Assembly (NCBI GenBank): GCA_030390025.1
Contig: CM059431.1
Span: 148,368,001 to 148,432,000 of the forward strand
Source of the DNA: Squalus acanthias
Taxonomy: Eukaryota
Length of the DNA: 64,000 nucleotides
Direction: 5' to 3'
Shown here in pieces: positions 11,179 to 24,950 of this stretch. The position numbers were made by a program, and so were the translations under genes. Each line of letters opens with the position of its first letter. Position 1 is the first letter of the stretch. The notes under the pieces are model-generated. The model searched no databases. It saw only the letters and a list, made by a program, of their open reading frames with translations, and had not been told where the DNA came from.

Positions 11179-13545
11179 GCACAGAGCACGGAGCCCAGGA
11201 TTTCCAGTCTGGAAATGACGGTGCATTCCTAGAGAGACCATGGCGACCCAGACGTGATGACCAGCAAGAGGAGCGATGTTGCGGATTCCACAGCAGCGCA
11301 GCCGGAAGCGTTACACATTCATAGTGCTGCAGCGGAAGCTCAGACTGCACTGCGCAGTAGCCACTAGGCGGCATCCAAGCTCTGACTGCTCTCACACAGT
11401 CTCAACCTGATGCCGCCCAAACTCTGACTGCTGCCACCGTAGCTGGGTCTACCACCGTCGGCCGGGGCTGTCACGGTGTCGCAGCAGGCCAGCAATCTGT
11501 GCTCCAACAGATTGCTAGGGATGCTGAGGTGAAGCCCCTGGGGGGGAGTTGCAGTGCGCTAGTGGAGCAGGAAGCTGCTGTCCTCTTTCAGGCTGAGAGC
11601 ATTCCTGCTCCCATCACTGCCACTCCGCCATTGCCCTTGCCGCTACCCATCAACCCAGCCAGCCCAGACTGCCGCCGCCCATGCCGACCTGTTGTAGTCT
11701 ACAGCCGAGCCTCCTAGTTCCACAGCTGGTCGAGATCGTCCGGCAAGGCCACCTGAAGTCTCCCGCTTGGAAACTCAGCAGACTTCACCGAACCGTGCTG
11801 CAGCCACTGGGGTAGCACTGCGTAGGAGCACCAGAGTAGAAAAAGGCACACGAACGACAGGCACTAAGGGATTGTGCAAGGGTGATTAGTTAACAGTATT
11901 TCTGTAAATATGTGTGTTATATTTATTGAAAAAGTTATTAATTGTGCTTGGAATCTTTCGTGGTGTCTCCTATTTCACCCGTGTGCCCAGGAGGACGCTG
12001 TGATATGCCATGTGAAAGGGATTGCATGATGGGGATGTGGCGAACTACGGGGATCTGGGGTTTCATTCATGCGAATAGGAGTCTGAAGAACTGGTCATGA
12101 CGGCGCAACCAGAAGGCCGATTGCCTCAGTGCCTCCACTGTCCCCCCTCTTCCACTTCCTTCCCATCCTCTGGCTGCTTCTCCTCCCCCTCGTCCTCCTC
12201 CTGAGGAGATCCCGCAATTCCTGCTGGCAAGGGCTGCGCCCTCATGAATACCAAGTTGTGGAGCATGCAGCAGACCACCTCGAAATGGGAAACCCACTCA
12301 ACGGAGTACTGGAGGGCTCCACCGGAGCGGTCAAGGCAGCAGAACTGTTGCTTCAATAAGCCGATGGTCTGCACGATGATGCTCCTGGTGGCCGCACGGC
12401 TCCCATTATATGAAAGCTGAGCCTGAATTTTGGTGTTGTGGAGAGGAGTCATATGCCGGGTGGAGAGCGGCTAGCCCTTGTCTCCGAGCTGCCACCCTCG
12501 AAATTCATGTGGTGGCTGGAAGAGTGCTGGCACACCAGTCTGGCGGAGGAGGAAGACAAAAGGGCTGCTGCTACGATGCCGTGCATTGATATAGACGATT
12601 CGTGATCTGTGGTCGCACACCAACTGCACATTAAGTGATTGGTAGCCTTTGCGGTTATGGAAAATCTCAGGATTGTTATGCGGTGCCCACAAAGCCAGTG
12701 GGTGCAGTCGATGGCGCTGTGCACCATGGGGAAGCGCGCTATCCTGGCAAAGCCACATGCAAGCTCGTCCTGCTTCTCTCTGATGATCAGGAAGCCAATG
12801 TAATCCCATCTCCTGTTGCGGAGAGCCTCAGTGATCTCCCGGATGCAGCGATCGATGGCGAACTGTTCGATGTTAGCTACGTCTCCTCCTGCAGAATGGA
12901 AGGATCCTCTGGTGAAGAAATTCAGGGCCACGGTGCCCTTGACAGACACTGGTAGAGCCGCGGTTGCCCTGGTCTGAGGCTGGAGGTCTGGTTGCAGAAA
13001 GTGGGCAGAGTTCTGTGACCACCTGCTTGTTGAAACGAAGCCTCCTAAGACACTGCTCCTCGATTAATTGAAGGTAGGTGAACTGATGTCGGAAGACCCT
13101 AGAGGGTTAAGGCCTCCTGTTGAGATCCCTGATGGGCCTCCTCCCCCTCCCTATGCGCACATGGTCCCATCTTTCTGCTGCCTCTGCTCCCTCCGCCGTA
13201 GATGCTGCAGAGCGAGGTCGACTGCCAGTACAGTCCCCATGACTAAAAGCAAGTGTTGTAGATTGAAGCCCCTCAAAAATGATGAGGAAGTTTTTTACCT
13301 GCGGAATACTCCCTGATACTAAACAAACTTGAAATAACTAAATAAAACTCTTGCTGTTGCAGGAAGTAGCACACAGCCACTCAAACTGCAAATGCCTGAC
13401 AGGGGCGAGTTATTGGTGAGGATCCCTTTAAATAGTGCCGCTGGAACCGGCTTCCTGGAGTATATGGAGGAGTCCAACTCGCTGGGAATGCTGGGAGATG
13501 TAGCTCCGTTCTCCTCACAACAGCTCCCGGAAGCCGCGCAGTTAA
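11179..13545. mobile_element. PIF/Harbinger DNA transposon remnant (transposase on minus strand; probable remnant of the convergent partner ORF on plus strand, about 11180-11890)
   Basis: Transposase homology (see next feature); two convergent ORFs is the known Harbinger layout. No intact TIR pair was found. Confidence 0.75.
12067..13240 (-). pseudogene. Harbinger (HARBI1-like) DDE transposase, multiple frameshifts and stops
   Basis: Fragments VALNFF..GSF, AIDCTH, NRKGYQSLNVQLVCDH, LGDKG, ATRSIIVQTIGLLK..F.CLDRSGGALQYS, CCMLHN across ORFs 12449-12949, 12471-12809 and 12126-12452. Confidence 0.9.
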
Positions 13546-13619
13546 TTTAATAAATCTGGAATAAAAAGCTAGTTTTAGTAATGGTGATCATGAAACTATC
13601 GGATTGTTATAAAAACCAT

Positions 13620-14020
13620 TTGATCACTGTCCAGTGACCCCTGGTTTAGATAGAGATGAGACAAGGCGTGTGTCCTGCTCCTGATCACTGTGCAGGGAGC
13701 CCTGGTTTATAGAGCGTGGAAATCAGACAGAGTTATTGCTCCTGTTCACTGTCCAGTGACACCTGGTTTATAGAGAGGGGAAATCAGCCAGGGATCCTGA
13801 AACTGATCACTGATCACTGGGCCCTGGTTTATAGAGTGAGGAAAGCAGACAAGGCTCTTACTCCTAATTACTTTCCAGTGCCGCCTGGATTTGGGAGGGT
13901 GGGATTTATCGAGGGATCCTGCTCCTGAGCACTGTCCAATGACCCCCGGTTTAGAGAGTGGGGAAATACGCCAGGGTTCCTGTTCCTGATCACTTTCCTT
14001 TGCCCCCTGCGTCCGAAAGT
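13620..14020. repeat. About 62-bp tandem repeat (tgatcactgtccagtgacccctggtttagagagtggggaaatcagccagggttcctgctcc), about 6 copies
   Basis: tgatcactg / cctgctcc recur at about 62-bp spacing. Confidence 0.8.
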
Positions 14021-14029
14021 GAGAGCAGA

Positions 14030-15353
14030 TGTAAACCCACTATTTAAGAAAGGGGGGAGAGAGAAAACGGAGAACTACAGATCGGTAAGCCTGACATCAG
14101 TAGTATGGGAAATGCTAGAATCCATTATTAAGGATGCTAACAGGGCATTTAGAAAGTAATAATAGGATTGAGCAGAGTAAATACGGATTTATGAAATGGA
14201 AATCGAGTTTGACAAATCTGTTGGAATTTTTTGAGCTAGCAGACTAGATGAGGGGGAATCAGTGGATGTGGTGTATTTGGATTTTCAGAAGGCATTCGAT
14301 AAATCGTCAAAAAAAGAGGTAATTAAACAAAATTAGGGCTCATGGAATTCGGGGTAATATAGTAGCATGGATTGAGGATTGCTTAACGGACAGAATACAG
14401 AGGAGAGGAATAAATAGGTCATTTTAGGGTTGGCAGCTCCAACTAGTGGTGAAAACAAGAATCAGTCCTTGGGCCTCAGCTATTCCCAATCAACATCAAT
14501 GATTTGGAAAAGGGCAACAAATGTAATATTTTCAAGTTTGCTGATGATGCAAAGCTGGGTCGGAATGTAAGATGTGAGGACGATGCAAGGCGGATTCAAG
14601 AGGATATAGACAGGCTAAGTGGGTGGGAAAGTACATGGCAAATGGAATATAATGAGGAGAAATATGAAGTTATCTATTTTGGTAGGAAAAATAGAAAAGC
14701 ATATTATTTTTTCAATGCAGAGAGATTGGGAAATGTTGGTGTTCAGAGGGACCTGGGTGTCCTCGTACACGAATCACTGAAAGTTAACATGCAGATGCAT
14801 CAAGCAAATAGGAAAGCAAATGCTATGCTGACATTTATTACAAGAGGATTTGATAATAGGAGTAAAGACGTGTTCTGCAATTATATAGGGCACTGGTGAG
14901 ACCAATCTTGTAGTATTGTGTACAGTTTTGGTCTCCTTACTTAAGGAAAGATATACTTGCCTTAGTGGGAGTGCAACGAAGGCTCAACAGACTGGTTCCT
15001 GGGATGGAGGGATTGTCCTATGAGGAGAGATTGAGTAGAATATGCGTATATTCTCTAGAGTTTAGACGAATGAGAGGTGATCTAAATATTCAAAATTCCT
15101 GGCTGGGGAGTCTAGTGCCAGGGGCACAGTCTCAGAATAAGGGTCGGCCATTTAGGACTATGATGAGGATAATTTTTTTCACTCAGAGGGTGGTGAATCT
15201 TTGGAATTCTCTTCCCCAGAGGGCTTTGGAGCCTTATCCTTTGAGTATATTCAAAACAGAGATCGATTAATTTCTGAATATTAAGGGAATCAAGGGATAT
15301 GCTGATAGTGCAGGGAAGTGGAGATGAGGTTGAAGACCAGCCATGATCTTATT
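14030..15353 (+). mobile_element. CR1 LINE RT/3' part; its tail continues at 18520-18590
   Basis: KFADDAKLG, YSLEFRRMRGD; the 3' UTR is split at atcttatt|atggcggagc by the next element. Confidence 0.9.
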
Positions 15354-18300
15354 AAGAACAGAAGAAGATAAGAAACAAGTCCAGGAGTAGGCCATACGGC
15401 CCCTCGAACCTGCTCGGCCATCAATAAGATCATGGCTGATCACGGACCTCAACTGCACTTTCCTGCCCGATCTCCATATCCCGTGATTCCACGAGAGTCA
15501 AAAATCTATCTATATCAACCATGGATATGCTCAAAGACTCAGCATTCACAGCCCTCTGACGCAGAGAATTCCAAAGATTCACAGCACTCTGAGTGAAGAA
15601 ATTCCTCCTCATCTCAGTCTTAAGTGGCCTACCTCTTATCCTGAAACAATGCCCTCTAGTGCTGGACACTCCAGCAAGGACAAACAACCTCTTAGCATCT
15701 ACTCTGTCGTTCCCATCAGAATCTTGTATGTTTCAACGAGATCACCTCTCATTCTTCGAAACTCCAGAGAGTATAGGCCCAATCTGCACAATCTCTCATC
15801 ATAGGACAGCCCTCTCATCCCAGAATCAATCTAGTGAACCTTCGTTGCACCGCCTCCAAGGCAAGTATATCCTTTCTTAGATATGGAGACCAATACTCTG
15901 CACAGTACTCCAGGTGTGGTCCCACCAAGGCCCTGTACAATTGTAGCAAGACTTCAAGACTACCTTACACTTATACACCAACCCCCTTGCAATAAAGGCC
16001 AGCATGCCATTGCCTTCCTTATTGCTTGCTGTACCTGCATGCTAGCTTTCTGTGCTTCTTGCACGAGGACACACACACATCTCTCTGAACAACAATATTT
16101 CAAAGTTTCTCACCATTTAAAAATTATTCTGTTTTTCTATTCTTCCTACCAAAGTGAATAATTCACATTTCCCTACATTACACTCCATCTGCCACCGTAC
16201 TGCCCACTCACTTAGTCTACCTACATCCCTTTGCAAACTCTTTGTGTTCTCCTCACCGCTTACTGTCCCACCTAGATTTGTATCATCAGCAAACTTGGAT
16301 ACATTACATTTGGTCCCGTCATCCATGTCATTAATAGAGTTTGTAAATAGCTGAGTCACCTACACTGATCCTTGCGGCACCCCACTAGTTACAGCCTGCC
16401 AACCTGAAAAAGAGCCGTTTAACCCTACTCTATGTTTTCTGTCCGTTAACCAATCCTCTATTATTGCTACTATATTACACCCAACCACATGAGCCCAAAT
16501 CTTGTGTAATAATCTTTTCTGTGGCACCTTATCGAATGACTTTTGGAAATCAAAATATACTACATCCACTGCTTCCTCTTTATCTACCCTGCTAGTTACA
16601 TCCTCAAAACCATAATAAATTTTCATGACGATTTCCCTTTCATAAAACCATGTTGACTCTGCCTAATCATGTTATGATTTTCTAAGTGACTTGATACCAC
16701 TTGCTTAACAATGGATTCCAACATTTTCCCGATGACTGCTATCAGGCTAACTGGCCTGTAGTTCCCTATTTTTTCTCTCTCTCCTTTTTTGAATAGCGGT
16801 GTTATATTTGCGACCTCCCTATCCGCTGGGACAATTCCAGATTCTATGGAATTTTGGAAGATCAAAACCAATGCATAAACTATCTCTTCAGCCACCTATT
16901 TTAAAACCCTAGGATGTAGTTCGTCAGGTCCTGGGGATTTGTCGGCTCTTAGTCCCATTAGTTTCTCTAGTACTTGTTCTCTACTTATATTAATTATGTT
17001 AAGTTCCTCACCCTCATTAGGCCGTGGGTTCCCCAACATTTTGGTATGTTTTTTGTGTCTTCTGCTGTGAAAACTGATACAAAATATTTGCTTAACGTTT
17101 TTGCCATTTCCTTACTCTACAGAATAATTTCTCCTGTCGCTGCCTCTGAGGGACCAACGTTTACTTTTGCTACTCTTTTCCTTTTTACATACTTGTAAAA
17201 CCTCTTACAATCTGCTGTTATATTTCTTGCTAGTTTTCTGTCACATTCTATTTGTTCCCAGTTCATCAAATTTTAGTCAACCTTTGCTGATTTGTGAACT
17301 TTCCCAATCATCAGGCTTACTATTATTCTTTGCAACATTATAAGCTTCTTCTTTCAATCTAATTCTATCCTTAACGTCTTTAGTTAGCCACGTTTGGATT
17401 ACTTTTCCCGTGGAGTTTTAGTTTCTCAATGGAATGTATTTTTGTTGAGAATTATGAAATATTTCTTGAAATGCTAGCCACTGCTAATCTACCGCCATAC
17501 CTTATAATCTATTTTTCTAATCGACTTCAGCCAACTCGCTAGACTACTTTGCCAATGTGATTTGGCCAAGTCTATATGAAGATTAAAGTCCCCCAACATT
17601 ATTGCATTACCTTTGTTGCAAGCTCCTACTATTTCTTGATTAATATTCTGTCCAACGGTATAGCTACTGTTACGTGGCCTATATACTACTGCCACCAGTG
17701 TTTTCTTCCCCTTGTTATTCCTTATCTCCACCCTTACAGATTCTACTTCCTGATCTTCCGAGCAGAGATCCGTTCTCGCTACTGTCCTTATGTCATCCTT
17801 TATCATCAGGGCTACTACCCTTCCTTTTGCAATCTGCCTGTCTTTTCGAAACGTCAAGTACACTGGAACATTTAGTTCCAACCTTGGCCACCTTGTAACC
17901 ATGCCACTCGAATGGTTATTAGATCAAAACCATTTATCTCTATTTGTGCCATTAGTTCATCTATCTTGTTACGAATGCTTCGTGCATTCAGATAAAGAGC
18001 CTTTAATTTAATTGTTTTAAAATTATTCCCTGCTTTGACCTTATTCTCTGCTGCACTGCTACCATTAAACTATCTGTCCCTTCCTGTCACACTCTGCTTA
18101 TTTTTACCGAAATCGCTACATGCTCTACTGCTTTGACATTTCTCTTTAGATTTCTACATTTCCACTCCCCTCACCCCTCCCCCCTTTTCAGTTTAAAGCC
18201 CTATCTACAGCCCTAGTTATTCGATTCGCCAGGACGCTGATCACAGCCTGGTTTAAGTGGAGCCCGTCCCGACGGAACAGCTCCCACTTTTCCCAGTACT

Positions 18301-18519
18301 GGTGCCAGTGACCCATGAATAGAAGCACCTTTGTCCCACATCACTCTTTGAGCCACGCATTTAACTCTGTGATCTGCTAGACCCAATGCCAATGTGCGCG
18401 TGGCTCAGGTAGTAATCCAGAGATTATTACCCTTGTGGTTCTGCTTATAAATTTTGACCCTAGCTCCTCAAACTTCCTCAGCAGAACCTCATTCATAGTT
18501 CTACCTATGTCGTTGGTAC
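15354..18519 (-). mobile_element. CR1 LINE (3' part of ORF1 esterase + ORF2), nested in the previous CR1
   Basis: APE motifs (VVYRP, GDFN), RT motifs (NYRPVSL, DFQK.FDKV, FADD) and an ORF1-like segment ending near 18515. Confidence 0.9.
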
Positions 18520-19014
18520 ATGGCGGAGCAGGCTCGAAGGGCCAAATGATCTACTCCAGTGCCTATGTCTAATGTTCTTATGTTCTTAAGTGCGGGTTCA
18601 GAGCAAATGGCTCTTTGTGCAAGTGTAAGAAATGCAGAGTGAAGGAAGCGAGTGAAAAGCCAAAGGTTTCTACTGAGAGCTGCCAGTGAGAACACTGCTG
18701 CCCAATGAGGAGCCGCTTGGGCAAACCATGCTGGCAGTGAGTCTCAGGCTGTTCCTCCACCGCAAACGCGGCTCCCTAAAGCAGATTTTAAAACTCCAAC
18801 AATTTTCGTCTGATTTAAACGTTGGAGGGTTTCAAGGGAACTTTGATTTTTGCAGTGAGCAGAAAGGATTGTTCATAAAATGCCACATTCTCAAACAATG
18901 GTTAAAGAAATAAATACAGTTGGGCAGCGGGTTGGTGAGAAGCTGCATTGAAAGGCAGCATTGAGGGTTATTTCTGTGGAATATCAGCAGAAAGTGGAGA
19001 GAATGCAAAAACGA

Positions 19015-20045
19015 GCCTCCTCGCTCTCTCTCTCTCCCTAGTCTATCTGTCTCCCTCTCCACATTCTCTCTCTCTCTCCTCAGTCTCTCTCTTTCCCCAG
19101 TCTCTCTCTCTCTATCTCTCTCTCCCAGTCTCTCTCTCCACATTTTCTCTCTATCTCTGCCAGTCTCTCTCTCCCCACAGTCTCGCTCTCTCCTCAGTCT
19201 CTCTCTTTCCCCGGTGTCTCTCTCTATCTCTCTCCCCAAGTCTCTCTCTCTCCACTTTCTCTCTATCTCCCCCAGTCTCTCTCTCTGCACAGTCTCTCTC
19301 TCTCCTCAGTCTCTCTCTCTCTCCACAGTCTGTCTCTCTCTATCTCTCTCCCCAAGTCTCTCTCTCTCCACTTTCTCTCTATCTCCCCCAGTCTTTCTCT
19401 CCTTCTCCACAGTCTCTCTCTCTCCTCAGTCTCTCTCTCTCCACAGTCTGTCTCTCTCTATCTCTCTCCCCAAGTCTCTCTCTCCCCATTTTCTCTCTAT
19501 CTCTCCCAGTCTCTCTCTCTCTGTGCAGTCTTTCTCTCTCCCTTGAGAGACAGAGACTGAGAGAGATTGCGACAGAGACTGAGAGAGAGTGAGGCAGAGA
19601 ATGAGAAAGAGTGAGAGCGCGACAGAAAGAGAGAGAGCGCGACAAAGAGAGGAAGATTGACACAGTGACAGAAAAGAGAGGAGAGATAGATGGAGATAGA
19701 GAAAGGAGAGATTATTAGATATAGATAGGGAGGGAGAGGGTGACGTAGTTGAGGAGAGATAGATGGAGATAGAGAGAGAAGAGAGAGTATTAGATAAGGA
19801 TAGGTAGAGAGAGTGTGTGACAGAGATAGAGGAGAGATAAATGGAGGAGCAGCGCTCCGAAAGCTTGTGATTTCAAATAAAGCTGTTGGACTATAATCTG
19901 GTGTTGTGCGACTTCTCACATTTGTCCACCCCAGTCCAACAACGGCATCTCCACATCATAGATATAGATAGAGAGAGGGTGTGAAAGAGATAGATGAGAG
20001 ATCGATGATAGCAGACAAACGTGGAGTGAGAAACAATTTATAGAC
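19015..20045. repeat. Low-complexity tract: (CT)-rich 19015-19545 followed directly by (GA)-rich 19546-20045
   Basis: Direct inspection. Confidence 0.95.
19846..19959 (+). mobile_element. Solo fragment of the Penelope pLTR
   Basis: gctccgaaagcttgtgatttcaaataaa..tgttggactataa.ctggtgttgtgcgac is the reverse complement of about 4225-4296; the CTGANGA box is missing. Confidence 0.85.
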
Positions 20046-20464
20046 TGAGGGAGATGTGTTTCCCTCTTGGTTCTGTAAAATTCTGTGTGCTGTGGGCCCA
20101 TTGAGCTGTTAATGATCCTTTGACAGAATGTGCTTTATTACTGGGTGTGATCCGAGATATTTTATCTCCACTAATGGCACAGAGCTGAGCTGCTGCCAAC
20201 TAAATCGAAGGCAATAGATGGAAGGACAGTAGAGTTGTTCCAGGAAGAAATTGATTAATTTAAATACACTGGGATGACAGAAACAGGAATTGATATCTCG
20301 ACGCTGACCCGACAGAGTGACTGTAGCAGAGACTCCCAGGGTGGCGCATCACTGAGAGTGTGGGGAGCGAGTGATCATTGGGAAATGCCCAGGCTCCCTC
20401 TCGGCCTGTGCTGAGTTACGCCGAAGTCACACCTGATGTGGTACTGAGCCCCACATACACAGAG

Positions 20465-20790
20465 AATGGGACAGTGCAGCGGGAAATTTACTCTGTATCT
20501 AACCCGTTTATACCTGCCCTGGAAGTGTTAGATTGGACAGTGTAGAGAGAGCTTTAATCTATTTCTAATCCTTGCTATATTTGCCCTGGGATTGTTTAAT
20601 GGGACAGTGTAGATGGTGTTCTACTTTGTAACTACCCCGTGATGTTCATGCCCTGGACGTGTTTGATGGGACAGTGTAGAGAGAGCTTTACTCTGCATAT
20701 AACTCTTGCCAAACCTGCCCTGGACGTGTTTGATGGGACAGTGTAAAGTGAGCTTTACTCTGTATCTAACCCCGTGCTGTACCCGCCGGG
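20465..20790. repeat. About 67-bp satellite, about 5 copies
   Basis: Same unit as 4015-4224. Confidence 0.85.
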
Positions 20791-21729
20791 GGAGCAGTTT
20801 AAACTAACATGGTTATCATTCCCCACGCTTCACATTCCTGAGCATTAATCTGAGACAGTGTTTGTGTTGGTCAGTCCTGTTATTAGAAAACCCCTTCCTG
20901 TTCACCCTGTAAGGTTCTGTCTCTCGCTGGGGTCCGGGTTCCTCGGGCAGTTCCTTCACGGGTCATTGTTCAGTGCTGCTATTCAACCGTGGGATGCTTC
21001 ACGGTCAGTGTCCATCGTGATCCCGCTTCCATAACATCGGCCTTCTCCGCCCCTGCCTGAGCTCATCTTCTGCTCAAACCGCATCCATATCTTGGTTACA
21101 TCTAGACACGATATCCAGAGAGGAAAAAGATATAAATAATGTAATTGTAGTATAATCAATTATTTTTAATTGATTGATTGAACCAGGCAATGACTGTGAT
21201 CAGAGCGGGGCGTCATGCTCCTCTAAACAAATTACATAGAATGAACGGCACAGAAACAGGCCTTTCAGCCCAACTGCTCCATGCCGGTGTTTATTCTCCA
21301 CACGGACCTCCTCCTACCCCTCTTCATCTTACACTATCAAGATAACCTTCTATTCCTTTCTCCTTCATGTTTTTATCAGGCTTCCCCTTAAATGGATCAA
21401 TGCCATTCACCTCAACCAATCTCTGTGGTAGCGAGTTCCACATTCTCACCTCTCTCTGAGTAAAGAGGTTTCTCATGAATTCCTTATTGGATTTATTGGT
21501 GACTATCTTATAGTCATGGCCCCTGTTTTTGGTCTCGTAATTATGTCATCATTTCAATTTTTTTTAAATCAATGATAAATTTGTCAACACTCCTTGTCTC
21601 GCCAGGACATTGTGTTTGCTTTTCCGCCGTCGACTTTATCAGATTACAAGTAACGATTAGAATCTGGTTCAAACACTGCAGAAGGCCGATTGTACACATG
21701 AGACAAGGACTCAATGGCTTCTGTTAGCA

Positions 21730-24590
21730 CAGAATCACAGAACGATACAGCATAGAAGGAGGCCATTCAGTCCATCGAGCCTGTGCCGGCTCTTTGAAAG
21801 AGCTTTTCAATTAGTGCCCCTCCCCTGTTCTTTTCCCGTAGTCCTGCAAATCCCTCACTTCCAGTATTGATTCCGTCCCCTTTTGAAAGGTAATATTGAA
21901 TCTGCTTCAATCACCTTTTCAGGCAGTGCATTCCCGATCATAACAACTCGCTGCATAGCAAAAATTTTCCTGATCTTCCCTCTGGTTCTTTTGCCAATTA
22001 TCTTATATCTGTGTCTTTTGGTTACCGACCCTTGTGGCAGTGGAAATATTTGCTCCTTATTTACACTAGCAAACCCGGCATATGTTGAACATCGCCAATA
22101 TATCTCCCGTTTATATTGCGTGCTCTCTGGAGAACAATTCCAGCTTCTCTTGTCTATCCACATAATTTAAGTCCTTCATCCTTGGTATCATTGCAGTAAA
22201 TCTCCTCTGTGCCCACTCCAAGACCTTGACATCCTTCCTAAAGTGTGCTGTCAAGAATTGGACACAATACGGCAGCCGGGGCATAACAAGTGATTTATAA
22301 AGGTTCAGCATAGCTTCCTTGCTTTTGTACTCTGCCTCTATTGATGAAGCGAAGTATCCCATGTGTTATTTTAACAATCTTGTCAACTTGTCCTGCCGTC
22401 TTCAAAGGCTAGTGTACGTAAACTCCCAGGTGTCTCTTTTCCTGCACCCCCTTTAAAATTGTACAGTTTAGTTTATATTGCCTCTCCTCGTTTTCCTCCC
22501 TGATTTATCCTTCACACCTCTCTGCATTAAATTGCACCTGTCTTTTTTCATTTTTATTAATTCATGGGATGTGCCATGGCTGGCACGGACAGCAATTATT
22601 GTCCATCCCTAATTGCCCTTTAGAAGGTGGCTTTGAGCCGCCGTCTTGAACAGCTGCGACGTTTCTTCCACAGTGCTGTTACGGAAGGAGTAGCAGGATT
22701 TGGACCCAGCGACGATGAAGGAACGGCGATATACTTCCAAATCAGGAAGGTGTGTGACTTGGAAGGGAACTTGAAGGTGGTGATGTTTCCATACGCCTGC
22801 TACCCTTTACTTCTACGTGGTAAAATTCGCGGGTTTGGGAGATGTTGTCAAAGAAGGCTTGGCGAGTTGCTGCAGTGCATCTTGTAGATGGTACACAAGG
22901 CAGCCACGGTGCGCCGGCGCTGGATGGAGTGAGCGTTTAAGGAGGTGGTTGTGGTGCCAATCAAGCGGGCTGCTTTGTACTAGATGATGTCGAGCATCTT
23001 GAGTGTTGTTGGATCTGCACTCATCCAGACAAGTGGAGAGTATCCCATTACACTCCTGACGTGTGCCTTGTAGATTGTGAACAGGCTTTGGGGTGTCAGG
23101 AGCTGAGACAATCGGCGAAGAATACCCAGGCTCTGGCCTGCTCTTGTAGCCACAATTTTTATGTGGCTGGTTCGGTCCAGTTAAGATTCTGGTTAATGGT
23201 GAACCTCAGGATATTGATGATAACGGATTTGGCGATGGTAATGCCATTGAATATTACGGGAGGGTGACACTTGTTGGACATCGTCATTGCCTGGCACTTG
23301 TGTGGTGCGAGTGTTACCTGCCACTTATCAGCCCAGCCTGACAGTCGTCCAGGTCTTGCTGCATGCGGGCACCGACTGCTTCATTATGGGAGGAGTTGCG
23401 AATGGAAGTGAAAACTGCATTTGTAAGCGAACATCCCCATTTCTGATCTTATGTTGGAGGAAAGGTCATTGATGAAGCAGCTAAAGATGGTTGAGCCTAG
23501 GGCACTGCCCTGAGCAATCCCTGCAGGAATGTCCTGGGGCTGAGATTATTGGCTTCCAACAACCAGAGCCATCTTCCTTTGTGCTAGGTATGACTCCAGC
23601 CAATGGAGAGTTTTCCCCTTATTCCCAATGACTTCAATTTAACTAGGGCTCCTTGATGCCACACTTGGTCACATGTTGTCTTCATGTCGAGGGCAGTCAC
23701 TCTCACCTCACCTCTGGAATTCAGCTCTTTGTCCATGTTTCGACCAAGGCTGTAATGAAGTCTGGAGCCGAGTGGCCCTGGCTGAACCCAAACTGAGCGT
23801 CCGTGACTAGGTTATTGGTGATTCGGTAACAATTAATAACCCTGTCGATTACACCTTTCATCACTTTGCTCGTTTCACCAGTTTGTCTATGTCCTCCTGA
23901 AGCCTACTCCCAGCCCACTCAGTGTTAACTACATTTCCTAGTTTTGTGTCATCTGCAAACGTTCAAATTATGCACTTTATATATATATATATGACAACAT
24001 GTTTAATATTCATCTAAATGATCAGTGGTCCGAATAGTCACACCTGGGGGACACCACTGCATACTTCACTCCACTCTGAGCAACAACCAGTCACCACTAC
24101 TCTCTGTTTTCTGTCCCTTAGCCAATGTCAGATCCACACTGCCACTGCCCCTTTGTTCCTAACAAGTTTATTCAAAGACACTTAATCAAATGCATTTCTA
24201 AAGTCATGTAAAAACTTCAACCACATTACGCTCATCATCCCTCTCCGTTACTTGATCAAAGAACTCAATCAAGTTTGTCAGACACACTTTGTCGTTAACA
24301 TATCCGTGCTGGTTGTCATTTATTAATCCATATTTATTTCCAAGTGACAGGTAATTTTCTCCGGGTATATGGCCTCTAGAAGTTTCCCCACCGCCTACGT
24401 TAGCCTGACTGGCCCGTTGTTACAGGGTTTATCCCTCTCCTTTTTTAAACAGGTTGTAACATTGGCAACCCTACAATCCTTTGTCCCACTCCCATCTGAA
24501 AGGAGGATTGAAAGATTCTGGGCAGTTCCTGCACTATTTCCACCATTACTTCCCTCAGCAACCTTCATACATCCCATCCAGACCGCGGAA
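21730..24590 (-). mobile_element. Old CR1 (21730-22540 + 23875-24590) interrupted by a second LINE family (about 22545-23870)
   Basis: CR1 ORF2 remnants (LYKSLVMPRL.YCVQF; RVANVT..KK) on both sides; the inner element has the same 3' end as 55258-55905. Confidence 0.75.
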
Positions 24591-24950
24591 ATGTTCTACT
24601 TTACTGTGTTACAAAACGTGCTGGATTGAAATGGGTTAACTGAAGCTGTTTGTTCCGTGACTGTAATTAATGTCAGTCTCCACGGCTTATCTGAAGCAGT
24701 TTGTTCAGTGACTGTAATTAATATCATTCTCCATGGACCCTAATTGCATCAGTGCAGGGTTTCCCTCTTTTATTAATAAGGGACTCCTTTCAATGTGTTA
24801 TCCCATAGTGTCAGTGAGAGCATCTCCTCCGGCACTAACAGTGATCAGTGCGCTGCTCATCAGAGAGTGAGTCGGAATCTGAGAACAGTAGATTGGAATG
24901 TTAAAACACTCGGTTGGAACCTGAGAACAGTAGATTGGAATGATACAACA

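Noticed and set aside
12067..13240. Domesticated HARBI1 gene
   Set aside because: Multiple stops and frameshifts and a transposon-like context indicate a dead transposase.
18832..19919. Ser/Leu- and Arg/Glu-rich ORFs
   Set aside because: Translations of CT/GA low-complexity sequence.
20050..20460. Possible promoter or first-exon remnant in unique sequence (also 18590-19015 and 1200-2020)
   Set aside because: No ORF homology, splice pattern or in-window paralog that I can support.
24795..24950. GPCR start at 24795 as given in the ORF track
   Set aside because: That codon is GTG; the first in-frame ATG is at 24951.
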